A stretch of 64,000 bases of DNA, taken from contig JAZOSU010000015.1 in the NCBI GenBank assembly GCA_045657265.1, positions 7,826 through 71,825 of the forward strand. The letters run 5' to 3'. Below the pieces are notes generated by a model, which was given only the letters and a program-made list of their open reading frames with translations, ran no database searches and was not told the origin of the DNA. Source of the DNA: Eubacteriales bacterium (GTDB lineage: Bacteria > Bacillota > Clostridia > Oscillospirales > QAKW01). Of this stretch, positions 48,702-57,013 are shown piece by piece. Both the position numbers and the translations under genes were made by a program. Within the stretch, counting starts at the first letter, position 1, and every line of letters begins with the position of its first letter.

Positions 48702-50048
48702 TTAGTTCTCCATAAAGATTTTAAATGCTTTGACCGTTTCAAATACGTCAGCTTTTGAGGCAACCTCATAGGGTGAGTGCATAGATAAAAGACCGACACC
48801 GATATCAATAGTGTCTATATTTCTTTTAGCAATGTATTTTGCGACAGTTCCTCCACCGCCCTCATCTACTTTACCTAAAAGACCGGATTGCCAGATAACT
48901 CCATTGCTGTCAAAAAGGTTGGTAAAATAAGCAACTGTTTCTGCCGAAGCATCAGATGTGCTTGATTTTCCGCGTGCGCCTGTATATTTTGTAACAGTAG
49001 GTCCGAAACCGAGTTCACTTGCATTTTGTTTATCAAGAACCGATGGATAAATCGGGTCAAATGCAGCGTTTACGTCTGCAGAGAGACATTTGCTGTTATA
49101 TTGTGCGATGTATCTGTTACAATTTTCACAGATTTTGTCCAAGATCATTTCTAAGAATTCACTCTGCATACCTGTAACGCCGTCAGAACCGGTTTCTTCT
49201 TTGTCAACAAGAGCCACAAGCACAGTTCTTTTTGGTGATTTTACTTGCATAAGTGCTTCAAAAGCAGTCCAGGCGCAAACTCTGTCATCATGTCCGTATG
49301 CACCGATGAGACTGTTGTCAAAACCGAGACTTTCAGCTTTAAGTTTGGGAACAAAACTGATTTCTGCTGATATAAGATCACGTTCTGTTATATTATACTT
49401 TTCGTTCAAAATTTTTAAAACGTTGTATTTTACTTTGTTTGTTTCGGTATCATTGGATTGTATTGTACCGCAAAGTATTTTTAAATCTTCACCTTCTATT
49501 GCTTTTGAAAGTGTTTTTTCTGCCTGCTTTGAAGCAAGATGGGGAAGTAGGTCGGTAATACAAAAAGTAAAACCACTGTTTGACAGATCAATTGTTCTGC
49601 CGTCAGTAGTAATTGCTACACCTTCCATTTCAAGAGGAATAGCAGTCCACTGATATTTTTTAATACCACCATAATAATGTGTTTTGAGAAGGGCAATATC
49701 ACTGTCTTCGCAAATAGGCTGAGGCTTTAAATCAAGACGGGGTGAATCAATGTGTGCTGCGGCAATATGTATTCCGTCTTTCTGAGGGTCTTCACCCATT
49801 ATTCCAAGAAAAATAGATTTATTTCTGTTTATTATATAAAATTTATCACCGACTTTTAACTGTTTGTTAAAATCAAGTGGTTTGTAGCCTTGATTTTCAG
49901 CTTGTTTTCTGAAATATTCAGTACAGGTGCGTTCTGTTTTGCACTTATTTAAAAAATCTATGTATTTGTCACAACAAGAAAAAATACTATCTAAATCAGA
50001 ATTTTCCTGATAAATATTTTTCTTTTTGTAGGTGAGATTATCAGACAT
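48702..50048 (-). CDS. M18-family aminopeptidase
   Basis: 448 aa. AAHIDSPRLDLKP, DKEETGS, SMHSP motifs. Confidence 0.85.
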   Translation of the reverse strand: MSDNLTYKKKNIYQENSDLDSIFSCCDKYIDFLNKCKTERTCTEYFRKQAENQGYKPLDFNKQLKVGDKFYIINRNKSIFLGIMGEDPQKDGIHIAAAHIDSPRLDLKPQPICEDSDIALLKTHYYGGIKKYQWTAIPLEMEGVAITTDGRTIDLSNSGFTFCITDLLPHLASKQAEKTLSKAIEGEDLKILCGTIQSNDTETNKVKYNVLKILNEKYNITERDLISAEISFVPKLKAESLGFDNSLIGAYGHDDRVCAWTAFEALMQVKSPKRTVLVALVDKEETGSDGVTGMQSEFLEMILDKICENCNRYIAQYNSKCLSADVNAAFDPIYPSVLDKQNASELGFGPTVTKYTGARGKSSTSDASAETVAYFTNLFDSNGVIWQSGLLGKVDEGGGGTVAKYIAKRNIDTIDIGVGLLSMHSPYEVASKADVFETVKAFKIFMEN

Positions 50049-50061
50049 AATTGTATCTCCT

Positions 50062-50604
50062 TTAGTAGATGAGTTGATATATTTTTTGAGTGTTTAATAC
50101 TTTTTTAACATAAACTGATGTTTCGTTAAAAGGTATTTGTTTTAACGTAATGCCGTCATCTGAATATTTTTTATCACTCAGCCATTTGAGTACATTGCCT
50201 CTGCCTGCGTTGTAACAGGCAAGAGCATTTGTTTCTACTTTAAATTCGTTTAAAAACAAAGAAAAAATGTAACAACCATATTTAATGTTTATTTCTGCAT
50301 TATATAGTGAATTTTCGTTTAAATCTGTATCTTTTGCCTTTTGTGCTGCCCATTTGTATGTTTGCGGTGTGATCTGCATTAATCCGATTGCACCTGCGTG
50401 AGAGACAGAGTCTTTTTTAAAATTGCTTTCACATTTTATTATTGCATATACAAGATTTTTATCCAACCCGTATTCTATAGCATATTTTTCAACGTAATCG
50501 CTGTATTTTTTAGGATATAAATAAACAAGTGATGAATATATAAGTAAAACAATAATTAACAAAATTATAAGTGTAGATAAAATCTTAATGATTATTTGTT
50601 TCAA
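50062..50604 (-). CDS. membrane-anchored lytic transglycosylase (SLT domain)
   Basis: 180 aa. N-terminal TM; ESNF...GAIGLMQI, YNAG motifs. Confidence 0.88.
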   Translation of the reverse strand: MKQIIIKILSTLIILLIIVLLIYSSLVYLYPKKYSDYVEKYAIEYGLDKNLVYAIIKCESNFKKDSVSHAGAIGLMQITPQTYKWAAQKAKDTDLNENSLYNAEINIKYGCYIFSLFLNEFKVETNALACYNAGRGNVLKWLSDKKYSDDGITLKQIPFNETSVYVKKVLNTQKIYQLIY

Positions 50605-50608
50605 ATTT

Positions 50609-51196
50609 TTATCCTTTCAAAATTTCTAAAGCAATTTTAGTTACGTTTTCTTCAAGATGTTTTAAGTCTTTATTGTTCTTTATTATAATGTCACAATTAT
50701 TCTTGAAAAAGTCAGCACTTTTTTGATTTGAAAGTCTGAGTTTGGCATCCTGAATACTGATATTGTCTCTTTTGCAAATTCTATCTATTATTTCGTTTGA
50801 AATAACTCCAATAATCCTTGTGCAAATATTATCCATACCAAACTCAAATAAGGTAGGTGCATCTAATAAAATATGTTTATCTTTGTTGTTTTCTATTTCG
50901 TGGTTTACTGCTTTTTTAATATCATCTCCAACAACATTCATAAGTTTATCGTATGCTGCTTTTTCTGAAAAAATTAAAGCTCCTAATCTTTTTCTGTCAA
51001 GAATTCCGTCGGTGACAAACTCATTGCCAAAACTATCGGATATTTTTTTCAGAACGTTTTTGTCGGTATATACTTTTGTATGAACAATTTTATCGCAGTC
51101 GATATGGTAAAAACCAAGTCCGGCCATTATATTCGCAACGGTTGTTTTTCCGCTTCCGCTGTGACCGGTGAGCCCTGTTATATCCATAATTAACAT
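50609..51196 (-). CDS. coaE: dephospho-CoA kinase
   Basis: 195 aa. GLTGHSGSGKTTV P-loop. Start at 51196 or 51187. Confidence 0.9.
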   Translation of the reverse strand: MLIMDITGLTGHSGSGKTTVANIMAGLGFYHIDCDKIVHTKVYTDKNVLKKISDSFGNEFVTDGILDRKRLGALIFSEKAAYDKLMNVVGDDIKKAVNHEIENNKDKHILLDAPTLFEFGMDNICTRIIGVISNEIIDRICKRDNISIQDAKLRLSNQKSADFFKNNCDIIIKNNKDLKHLEENVTKIALEILKG

Positions 51197-51199
51197 CTC

Positions 51200-52240
51200 C
51201 TATAAAGCTGTAACGTTAAAACTTGCAGCTCTGAGCATTCTGTTGTAAATACCAAGCGCAATTCCTTCAGGAGCAGCGACTCTGGCATATATTTGCTTAA
51301 CGTCTGTTTTGTCAAACTCTCTTAAAGCATCAAAAAGATTTTTAGAAAGTGTCAATGGACTATCGGGTGTTCCGTAGCAAATGGTATGAGCGTTTTTAAA
51401 AAGATTTTGCTCTCCATCAAAACATAATACGCCGATATTCTCTCCATCAACTATTTTTGACTGTATATATTTAATGACTTTTTCATCATTACCGCGAACA
51501 AGCTCCATATACGCTTTTGGGGCGTAATGCCTGTATAACATACCGGGCGAAGCAACTTTTGCGTTGTTGTTTACGGGATTGAGAACATGTTTATCAATTT
51601 CAACTTCAAAACCTTTGTCTATAAGCATTTTAGGTGTAATACCACCGGGTCTTAATATTTTGAGTTTTTTAGTTTCTGTCTGAATGATTACTGTACTTTC
51701 AATACCTATTTCACATTCTCCACCATCAATTATTCCTTCTACTTTACCGTTTAGGTCAGCAAATACATGTTCAAATCTTGTAGGAGAAGGTTTTCCTGAT
51801 AAATTAGCACTGGGTGCTACAATTGGCACTCCTGAAAGTTCTATGAGTTGATTTGCAACAGGGTGAGACGGGCATCTGACTGCAACAGTGCTTCCGCCTG
51901 CACTTACAATATCAGGTATTATGTCTTTTTTGTTTAAAACTACAGTAAGAGCTCCGGGCCAGAAAGATTTAAAAAGAATTTCAAGTTCTGACGACACGTC
52001 TTTTACAATGTTTTCAAGCATGGAAATGCTATTAATATGAGCAATAAGAGGATTGTTGGCAGGACGATTTTTAACCTCAAATATGCGTTTGACGGCATCA
52101 GGATTTGTGGCATCTGCACCTAAACCGTAAACAGTTTCGGTTGGAAATGCAACAAGACCGCCTTGTTTTATTATTTCTGCATAAGGCAAAAGGTTACTTT
52201 GAAAATCTTCAGATTCAATTTTTAAAATATTTGTTTTCAT
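51200..52240 (-). CDS. tsaC: L-threonylcarbamoyladenylate synthase (Sua5/YwlC type, with Sua5 C-terminal domain)
   Basis: 346 aa. FPTETVYGLGA, SANLSGKPSPT motifs. Confidence 0.9.
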   Translation of the reverse strand: MKTNILKIESEDFQSNLLPYAEIIKQGGLVAFPTETVYGLGADATNPDAVKRIFEVKNRPANNPLIAHINSISMLENIVKDVSSELEILFKSFWPGALTVVLNKKDIIPDIVSAGGSTVAVRCPSHPVANQLIELSGVPIVAPSANLSGKPSPTRFEHVFADLNGKVEGIIDGGECEIGIESTVIIQTETKKLKILRPGGITPKMLIDKGFEVEIDKHVLNPVNNNAKVASPGMLYRHYAPKAYMELVRGNDEKVIKYIQSKIVDGENIGVLCFDGEQNLFKNAHTICYGTPDSPLTLSKNLFDALREFDKTDVKQIYARVAAPEGIALGIYNRMLRAASFNVTAL

Positions 52241-52241
52241 T

Positions 52242-53312
52242 TTAGTCTTGTGAACTTTTAAGTTTTTCAGTCTGGTCGTTTGTTATAAGTGCATCAATTA
52301 TTTCGTCAAGTGAACCGTTTAGTATTTGCTCAAGCTTGTAAAGTGTTAGTCCGATTCTGTGATCAGTAACTCGTCCTTGCGGATAGTTATATGTTCTGAT
52401 TCTTTCACTTCTGTCGCCGGTACCTACCTGAGACTTTCTTTCACTTGCGATTTCTGAATTTTGTTTTTCTCTTTCAATTTCAACGAGTCTTGAACGAAGA
52501 ATTTTTAAGGCTCTGTCTTTGTTTTTGTGCTGACTTCTTTCGTCCTGACATTCAACAACAAGCCCTGTGGGTAAATGTGTTATTCTTATAGCACTTTCAG
52601 TTTTGTTAACATGCTGACCGCCTGCGCCGGAAGAACGGAAAGTGTCGATTTGTAAATCTGTGGGGTTGATTTCAAAATCAACTTCTTCTGCTTCAGGAAG
52701 AACGGCAACGGTAATGGTTGAGGTGTGTATACGACCGCCACTTTCAGTTTCTGGGACACGCTGTACTCTGTGTACACCGCTTTCAAATTTATATCTTGAA
52801 TATGCACCTTCGCCGCTGATTGAAAACGAGATTTCTTTAATGCCGCCAAGCTCTGTGTCATAAAGATTCAGAACCTCGTATTTGAAACCTTTTGATTCAG
52901 CATACATAGTATACATTCTATAAATTGAAGAGGCAAAAAGTGCAGCTTCTTCACCGCCTGCACCGCCTCGGATTTCAATTATAACGTTTTTATCATCATT
53001 TTCATCTCGTGGAAGTAAAAGTATTTTGATTTCTTCCGTGCAACGCGCAAGACCTTCTTTTGATTCAAGCATTTCCTCTTCAGCTAATTCTTTCATTTCG
53101 GCATCAAGAGGTTGTGACAAAAGCTCCATGCTTTCGTTGTAATTCTTTTCGTATTCAACATATTCGTTGTATTTTTCGATGATAGGGGTAAGATGTTTAT
53201 GCTCACGCATAAGTTTTGTGTAAGCAGCCTGATCTGATACGATGTTCGGATCTGCCAATTTTTCACCTAACTCATTATAGTGATTGTATATTTCTTCAAG
53301 TTTTTTTATCAT
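52242..53312 (-). CDS. prfA: peptide chain release factor 1
   Basis: 356 aa. GGQ motif ([15 protein letters not shown]), PET tripeptide in [14 protein letters not shown] (RF1-type PxT). No in-frame stop or frameshift. Confidence 0.96.
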   Translation of the reverse strand: MIKKLEEIYNHYNELGEKLADPNIVSDQAAYTKLMREHKHLTPIIEKYNEYVEYEKNYNESMELLSQPLDAEMKELAEEEMLESKEGLARCTEEIKILLLPRDENDDKNVIIEIRGGAGGEEAALFASSIYRMYTMYAESKGFKYEVLNLYDTELGGIKEISFSISGEGAYSRYKFESGVHRVQRVPETESGGRIHTSTITVAVLPEAEEVDFEINPTDLQIDTFRSSGAGGQHVNKTESAIRITHLPTGLVVECQDERSQHKNKDRALKILRSRLVEIEREKQNSEIASERKSQVGTGDRSERIRTYNYPQGRVTDHRIGLTLYKLEQILNGSLDEIIDALITNDQTEKLKSSQD

Positions 53313-53494
53313 TGCTGTGCTTCCTCTACACTTTTAATATTTTTTTCTACTTTGTTTCTCGGTACCATGACTTCTCTGCCGCAAGTTTCACATTTTATTT
53401 TGAAATCCATACCTATTCTTAAAACTTTGAAACGTTTTCCGCCGCAGGGATGAGGTTTTTTCATTGTTAAGATATCACCTATATTTATATTCAT
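53309..53494 (-). CDS. DUF951-family small protein
   Basis: 61 aa from ATG 53494 (GGAG RBS). [43 protein letters not shown] overlap with prfA. Confidence 0.75.
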   Translation of the reverse strand: MNINIGDILTMKKPHPCGGKRFKVLRIGMDFKIKCETCGREVMVPRNKVEKNIKSVEEAQQ

Positions 53495-53629
53495 ACAAAT
53501 CTCCAAATATTATATTTTTTTATTATAACATAGATTAAATTAAATTAAAAGTATAATATTAAAAATTCTGCATTATTTATCCTGCGTATGAATATAGATT
53601 CTATAGGATATTTTTTGGAGGGTTAAATT

Positions 53630-54574
53630 ATGAAAAAACAGGAATACAGGCCTGAGGGTATTTATGACAAAAATGATGCAATGTACTTTGGTGGAACAAT
53701 GGGGCTCATGAGAGCAATGTCTGAGGGGAAAATACTTCAAGCAAGATGTCTTATGTGTGATACTGAACATAATTTGCATTTAAAACTTGGTGATATTAAA
53801 GCAATAATACCCAGGGAAGAGACTGCTATAGGCATAAAAGAAAACACAGTTAAAGACGTAGCTATTATAACCAGAGTGAATAAAATGGTGAGTTTTAAAA
53901 TTACCGAAATATCCGAGCAAAACGGTCAGACTGTTGCTTATCTTTCCAGACGAGCAGCTCAGATTGAGTGTCAGGAGTATATATATTCAAATTTTATGTC
54001 GGGTGACGTTATTGATGCACGTATAACTCATCTTGAACAATTTGGTGCGTTTGTTGACATTGGATGTGGAATTGTTTCAATGATTTCTATTGATAATATA
54101 TCTGTTTCAAGAATAGAACATCCTAAAAATAGATTTTCATTGGGTATGGATATTAAAGCAATTATAAAATCGGTTGATAAAAAACAGAAAAGAATAGTAC
54201 TGTCACACAAAGAGTTGCTTGGAACGTGGAGTGAAAATGCGCAACGCTTTTCACCTGGAGAAACGGTATCCGGCATTGTACGAAGTGTTGAGAGCTATGG
54301 TATTTTTATAGAACTTACTCCTAATCTTGCAGGTCTTGCAGAACTGACTTCAGGAATTGAGGTGGGAGATAAAGTCAGCGTATTTATAAAAAGTATAATA
54401 CCTGAAAAAATGAAAATTAAACTTGCAATTGTAGATGTATCTCAGGATGCACCTGACTGTGAACCTTTTGAGTACATATATAGCAAAGATAAAATGGATT
54501 ATTGGAAATATTCACCGCCTCGTTGCGAAAAAAACGTAGAAACATTTTTTGGTCAGACTATTATCTGTGATTAA
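53630..54574 (+). CDS. S1 RNA-binding domain protein (two or three S1 repeats)
   Basis: 314 aa. GDVIDARITHLEQFGAFVDIG and GETVSGIVRSVESYGIFIEL are canonical S1 OB-fold starts. GGAGGG RBS. Confidence 0.85.
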   Translation: MKKQEYRPEGIYDKNDAMYFGGTMGLMRAMSEGKILQARCLMCDTEHNLHLKLGDIKAIIPREETAIGIKENTVKDVAIITRVNKMVSFKITEISEQNGQTVAYLSRRAAQIECQEYIYSNFMSGDVIDARITHLEQFGAFVDIGCGIVSMISIDNISVSRIEHPKNRFSLGMDIKAIIKSVDKKQKRIVLSHKELLGTWSENAQRFSPGETVSGIVRSVESYGIFIELTPNLAGLAELTSGIEVGDKVSVFIKSIIPEKMKIKLAIVDVSQDAPDCEPFEYIYSKDKMDYWKYSPPRCEKNVETFFGQTIICD

Positions 54575-54590
54575 AAAAATCAGCTCATAT

Positions 54591-54616
54591 GCGTTGTACC
54601 CTTAAGAGTACAACGC
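54591..54616. other. 9-bp stem hairpin GCGTTGTAC-N8-GTACAACGC
   Basis: Perfect 9-bp stem with no T-run after it. A degenerate copy (TTGTAC..GTGTACGA) lies near the right end at 54890-54912. Confidence 0.7.
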
Positions 54617-54618
54617 AG

Positions 54619-54790
54619 CGATATAAATCCCTTACGGGATTTTCGATATACCTAACGGCGCGATATAAGGCAAAGCCTTACGATATGTCCTTCGGACGAG
54701 AGGGGATTTATATCATATCACGTTTACAGTAAGGTAAACATATCGGATTTTACGAAGTAAAATATATCGAATTGCGAAGCAATATATCGT
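54619..54790. repeat. array of CGATAT(A)-plus-mini-hairpin units, 4 forward then 3-4 inverted
   Basis: Forward CGATAT(A/G) at 54619, 54644, 54661, 54681. Inverted ATATCG at 54740, 54764, 54784, plus a degenerate CATATCACG at 54714. Each unit carries a 4-7 bp hairpin: AAATCCC-TTAC-GGGATTT (54625-54642), TAAGGC-AAA-GCCTTA (54666-54680), GTCC-TTC-GGAC (54687-54697), GTTTAC-N6-GTAAAC (54722-54739), ATTTTAC-GAA-GTAAAAT (54747-54763), ATTGC-GAA-GCAAT (54771-54783). Confidence 0.8.
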
Positions 54791-54834
54791 GAATTACCAT
54801 TCTCAAAAATTTAATATATTCTTTTTTGGATAGC

Positions 54835-54890
54835 AAAACGGATGTGTAGAAATTCATGTAGAACTTCCACACATCCGTTTAATTTCTTAT
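54835..54890. terminator. intrinsic terminator hairpin usable on both strands
   Basis: 12-bp stem AAACGGATGTGT/ACACATCCGTTT (54836-54847 / 54869-54880) plus 3 more bp. Minus-strand tail is UUUUGCU (terminates the U32 gene). Plus-strand tail is UUUAAUUUCUU. Confidence 0.7.
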
Positions 54891-54932
54891 TGTACTTTCC
54901 TTTAGTGTACGACCTTTATTGAGCTGATTTTT

Positions 54933-56960
54933 TTAATATATTTCTTTAAAATATAATCCTCTTGTAAAGGGAGCATCGTATTCGCTTCCGTTTTTGATTT
55001 TATTTATGATTTTGAGGCATTCCTCTGCAGACTCATCGGTAAAATAAACAGATAAATAATCAGTGTTTTTGAGCAAGTTTTGTTTGTCACCCATATAGAT
55101 TGGTTGAGGGTTTAAAAGTCTGCTGTATTTTCTATCTTTGCAAAGTACGGTAAAAGGGTTATTATATCTGTCAAGTAATGTTCCTTTACATTCGCAAGAT
55201 CCGCATCCTGTCTTGCTTTTTATAGGGCAGTTCCGGAATGTCATAAGTGGCATTTTACCATAAACAATAAGTCCGCAAGGAATTGATTTTTTTAAATTAT
55301 TGAACGAATCCAGACTTGTTTCAAAGGTGATTTCAGTCTCGTTTAAGCCGAGTTTTCGGTATTCGTCAAGAGAAATACTGTTTAGAATGTTAAGGCTGAA
55401 ACTACCGATTGTTTTGAAACCGAATTTTTTTGCGAGTTCAAATGCATAAAGATTAGTGGCATAAATTTCGGTTATTCCCGCATCTTTTAATCTTGCGAGT
55501 TTTTTCTCAGCATCTTTATTATTAAACATCAGAGTAGGTAACTCTGCGATGAGCTTACCTTTGTATTTCTCACACAAACCGATATCTTTTTCTATCTTTT
55601 CAAAATCAAGAATAATTTTATCAGTATTTGCAATTATCTGATTTTGATTTTCGTATCTTGCATATATAGGTTTTCTTGTTAATTTATCTGAACTGTTATA
55701 TTCTGATATATTAATGGAAAACTCGTTTGTCTGATATTTGTTTTGTGTACTTTTGATTTGTGCTAATTTTTCGAGAGCGCTTTTTCTCAGATTATTAAGA
55801 GAAGAAATAGCAAGAGACAAGCCGCCTTCAATGTCAAACGTAAAGTTGTTGAGATAGTATGGGGTACCACCACACTTTTCAAGACAACGTTTAACTATTT
55901 GTTCGTCAAGTTCTTTGTTTATTGCTTTTTCAGGAATATCTCCGTTTACGGTTATCTTTATGTCATCGCAGGTTACTGTCAACAATGTTTTTTTATTTGA
56001 TTTAATTTCAATGTACATATTGACATCAACCAAAGGATTTTCATTCCTGTATGTGTTAGCAATGGTTTTTAATATTGGTGCGGCAGATACTACGTCTTCT
56101 TTTGTGCGGTAACCAAACATATCAGCATTAATTTTGCTTTTGAAATAACCGTCTGTAAATCCACTTCTTGAAAATACTGCTTTAAGGGAATCAAAATCTA
56201 CGGGTTCATCACACAAAGCGTTTTTACAAGCATTTGTTGCAGCGCTTACATATTCCGGTCTTTTCATTCGGCCCTCAATTTTAGCAGAGTCAATTCCGAT
56301 GCTTTCTAAAAGTTTCAAGTTGTCAATGATCGATAAATCTTTTAGTGACAAAGCGTGAGAACGTTCGTCTGTTTTAAAATCCAGTCTGCAAGGCTGGGCA
56401 CATAAACCTCTGTTGGCACTGCGTTGACCTAATACGCTTGAAAGATAACATTGACCTGACATACACATACATAAAGCACCATGAACAAAAACTTCCATTT
56501 CAATATCAGTTGATTTTCTTATTTCAGTCAATTCATTTAACGAAAGTTCTCTGGCAGGAACTACTCTTGAAAAACCAAGTTTTTCCAACATATGAACTCC
56601 GTCAATGTTGTGTATTGTCATTTGTGTTGAAGCATGAATGGGCAGGGAAGGGGCAATATCTTTTGCAAGTCTGTACATTGCAAGATCCTGTACGATGATA
56701 GCGTCTGCTCCTGCATCTGCAACTTTTTTTATAGCTTCAATGGCTTTATTAATTTCCTTGTCTTTAATAAGAGTGTTTAACGTAATATAAACTTTTACAT
56801 TACGTGCATGACAATATTTAACTGTTTGTTCAAGGTCATCAAAGTTGTTTGCGTTTCGTCTTGCGTTAAAATCTTTCAAACCAAGATATACCGCGTTTGC
56901 ACCGCTCCTGACTGCTGCAATTAATTGTTCCTGACCTCCGACGGGGGATAGTATCTCCAT
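54933..56960 (-). CDS. U32-family peptidase-like protein
   Basis: 675 aa from ATG 56960, with GGAGAA 6 nt upstream. MEILSPVGG..., VFVHGALCMCMSGQCYLSS signature. Confidence 0.9.
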   Translation of the reverse strand: MEILSPVGGQEQLIAAVRSGANAVYLGLKDFNARRNANNFDDLEQTVKYCHARNVKVYITLNTLIKDKEINKAIEAIKKVADAGADAIIVQDLAMYRLAKDIAPSLPIHASTQMTIHNIDGVHMLEKLGFSRVVPARELSLNELTEIRKSTDIEMEVFVHGALCMCMSGQCYLSSVLGQRSANRGLCAQPCRLDFKTDERSHALSLKDLSIIDNLKLLESIGIDSAKIEGRMKRPEYVSAATNACKNALCDEPVDFDSLKAVFSRSGFTDGYFKSKINADMFGYRTKEDVVSAAPILKTIANTYRNENPLVDVNMYIEIKSNKKTLLTVTCDDIKITVNGDIPEKAINKELDEQIVKRCLEKCGGTPYYLNNFTFDIEGGLSLAISSLNNLRKSALEKLAQIKSTQNKYQTNEFSINISEYNSSDKLTRKPIYARYENQNQIIANTDKIILDFEKIEKDIGLCEKYKGKLIAELPTLMFNNKDAEKKLARLKDAGITEIYATNLYAFELAKKFGFKTIGSFSLNILNSISLDEYRKLGLNETEITFETSLDSFNNLKKSIPCGLIVYGKMPLMTFRNCPIKSKTGCGSCECKGTLLDRYNNPFTVLCKDRKYSRLLNPQPIYMGDKQNLLKNTDYLSVYFTDESAEECLKIINKIKNGSEYDAPFTRGLYFKEIY

Positions 56961-56970
56961 AAAATTCTCC

Positions 56971-57007
56971 AAAAAAAATCCGGAAATACAAAACGTATTA
57001 CCGGATT
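56971..57007 (-). terminator. intrinsic terminator after galE, abutting the U32-gene RBS
   Basis: 13-position stem (one mismatch) AATCCGGTAATAC/GTATTTCCGGATT on the minus strand, followed by U8. GGAGAA and ATG 56960 follow immediately. Confidence 0.65.
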
Positions 57008-57013
57008 ATTTGT

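Larger units (their letters stand above)
54573..54934. repeat. perfect 15-bp inverted repeat AAAAAAATCAGCTCA / TGAGCTGATTTTTTT enclosing the whole convergent intergenic region
   Basis: Left arm at 54573-54587 overlaps the last 2 nt of the S1-gene stop TAA (54572-54574). Right arm at 54920-54934 overlaps the first 2 nt of the U32-gene stop (54933-54935, TTA on the plus strand). Read directly from the sequence. Confidence 0.9.

Noticed and set aside
49090-49653. 187-aa ORF on the plus strand
   Set aside because: Antisense to the M18 aminopeptidase gene. Ser/Leu/Phe-rich with no recognisable motif or RBS. Shadow ORF.
52242-53312. Programmed +1 frameshift, as in release factor 2
   Set aside because: The protein carries the RF1-type PxT tripeptide context and is one uninterrupted ORF. 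There is no internal in-frame stop with an SD-like element.
54589-54732. 47-codon plus-strand ORF (MRCTLKSTTQRYKSLTGFSIYLTARYKAKPYDMSFGREGIYIISRLQ) inside the repeat array
   Set aside because: No SD upstream; the start sits 14 nt after the S1-gene stop, inside the inverted repeat. The peptide periodicity (RYK...RYK) simply mirrors the CGATATAA DNA repeats. More likely non-coding. Ribosome profiling could reopen this.
54642-54771. Spo0A boxes (TGNCGAA) within the array
   Set aside because: TTCGATA (54642-54648) and TATCGAA (54765-54771) are each one mismatch from the 0A-box or its complement. The other units (AGCGATA, CGCGATA, TACGATA, TATCGGA, TATCGTG) diverge at the flanking positions. The shared core is CGATAT, not the 0A box.
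54619-54790. CRISPR array?
   Set aside because: The conserved motif is only 6-7 nt and unit spacing is 17-25 nt. Half the units are inverted. There are no cas genes in the window. This is not CRISPR architecture.
54700-54830. dif (XerCD) or parS site, given the convergent-gene location
   Set aside because: No match to the Firmicutes dif right arm (..TATGTAAAC..) or to parS TGTTNCACGTGAAACA when read on either strand.
54573-54934. Classical IS element or MITE
   Set aside because: Terminal inverted repeats are present, but I see no flanking direct (target-site) duplication: left flank CTGTGATT versus right flank AATATATT. There is no transposase ORF, and I found no second copy in this 64-kb window. 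Not called a mobile element. A copy-number search in the full genome is still needed (see finding).
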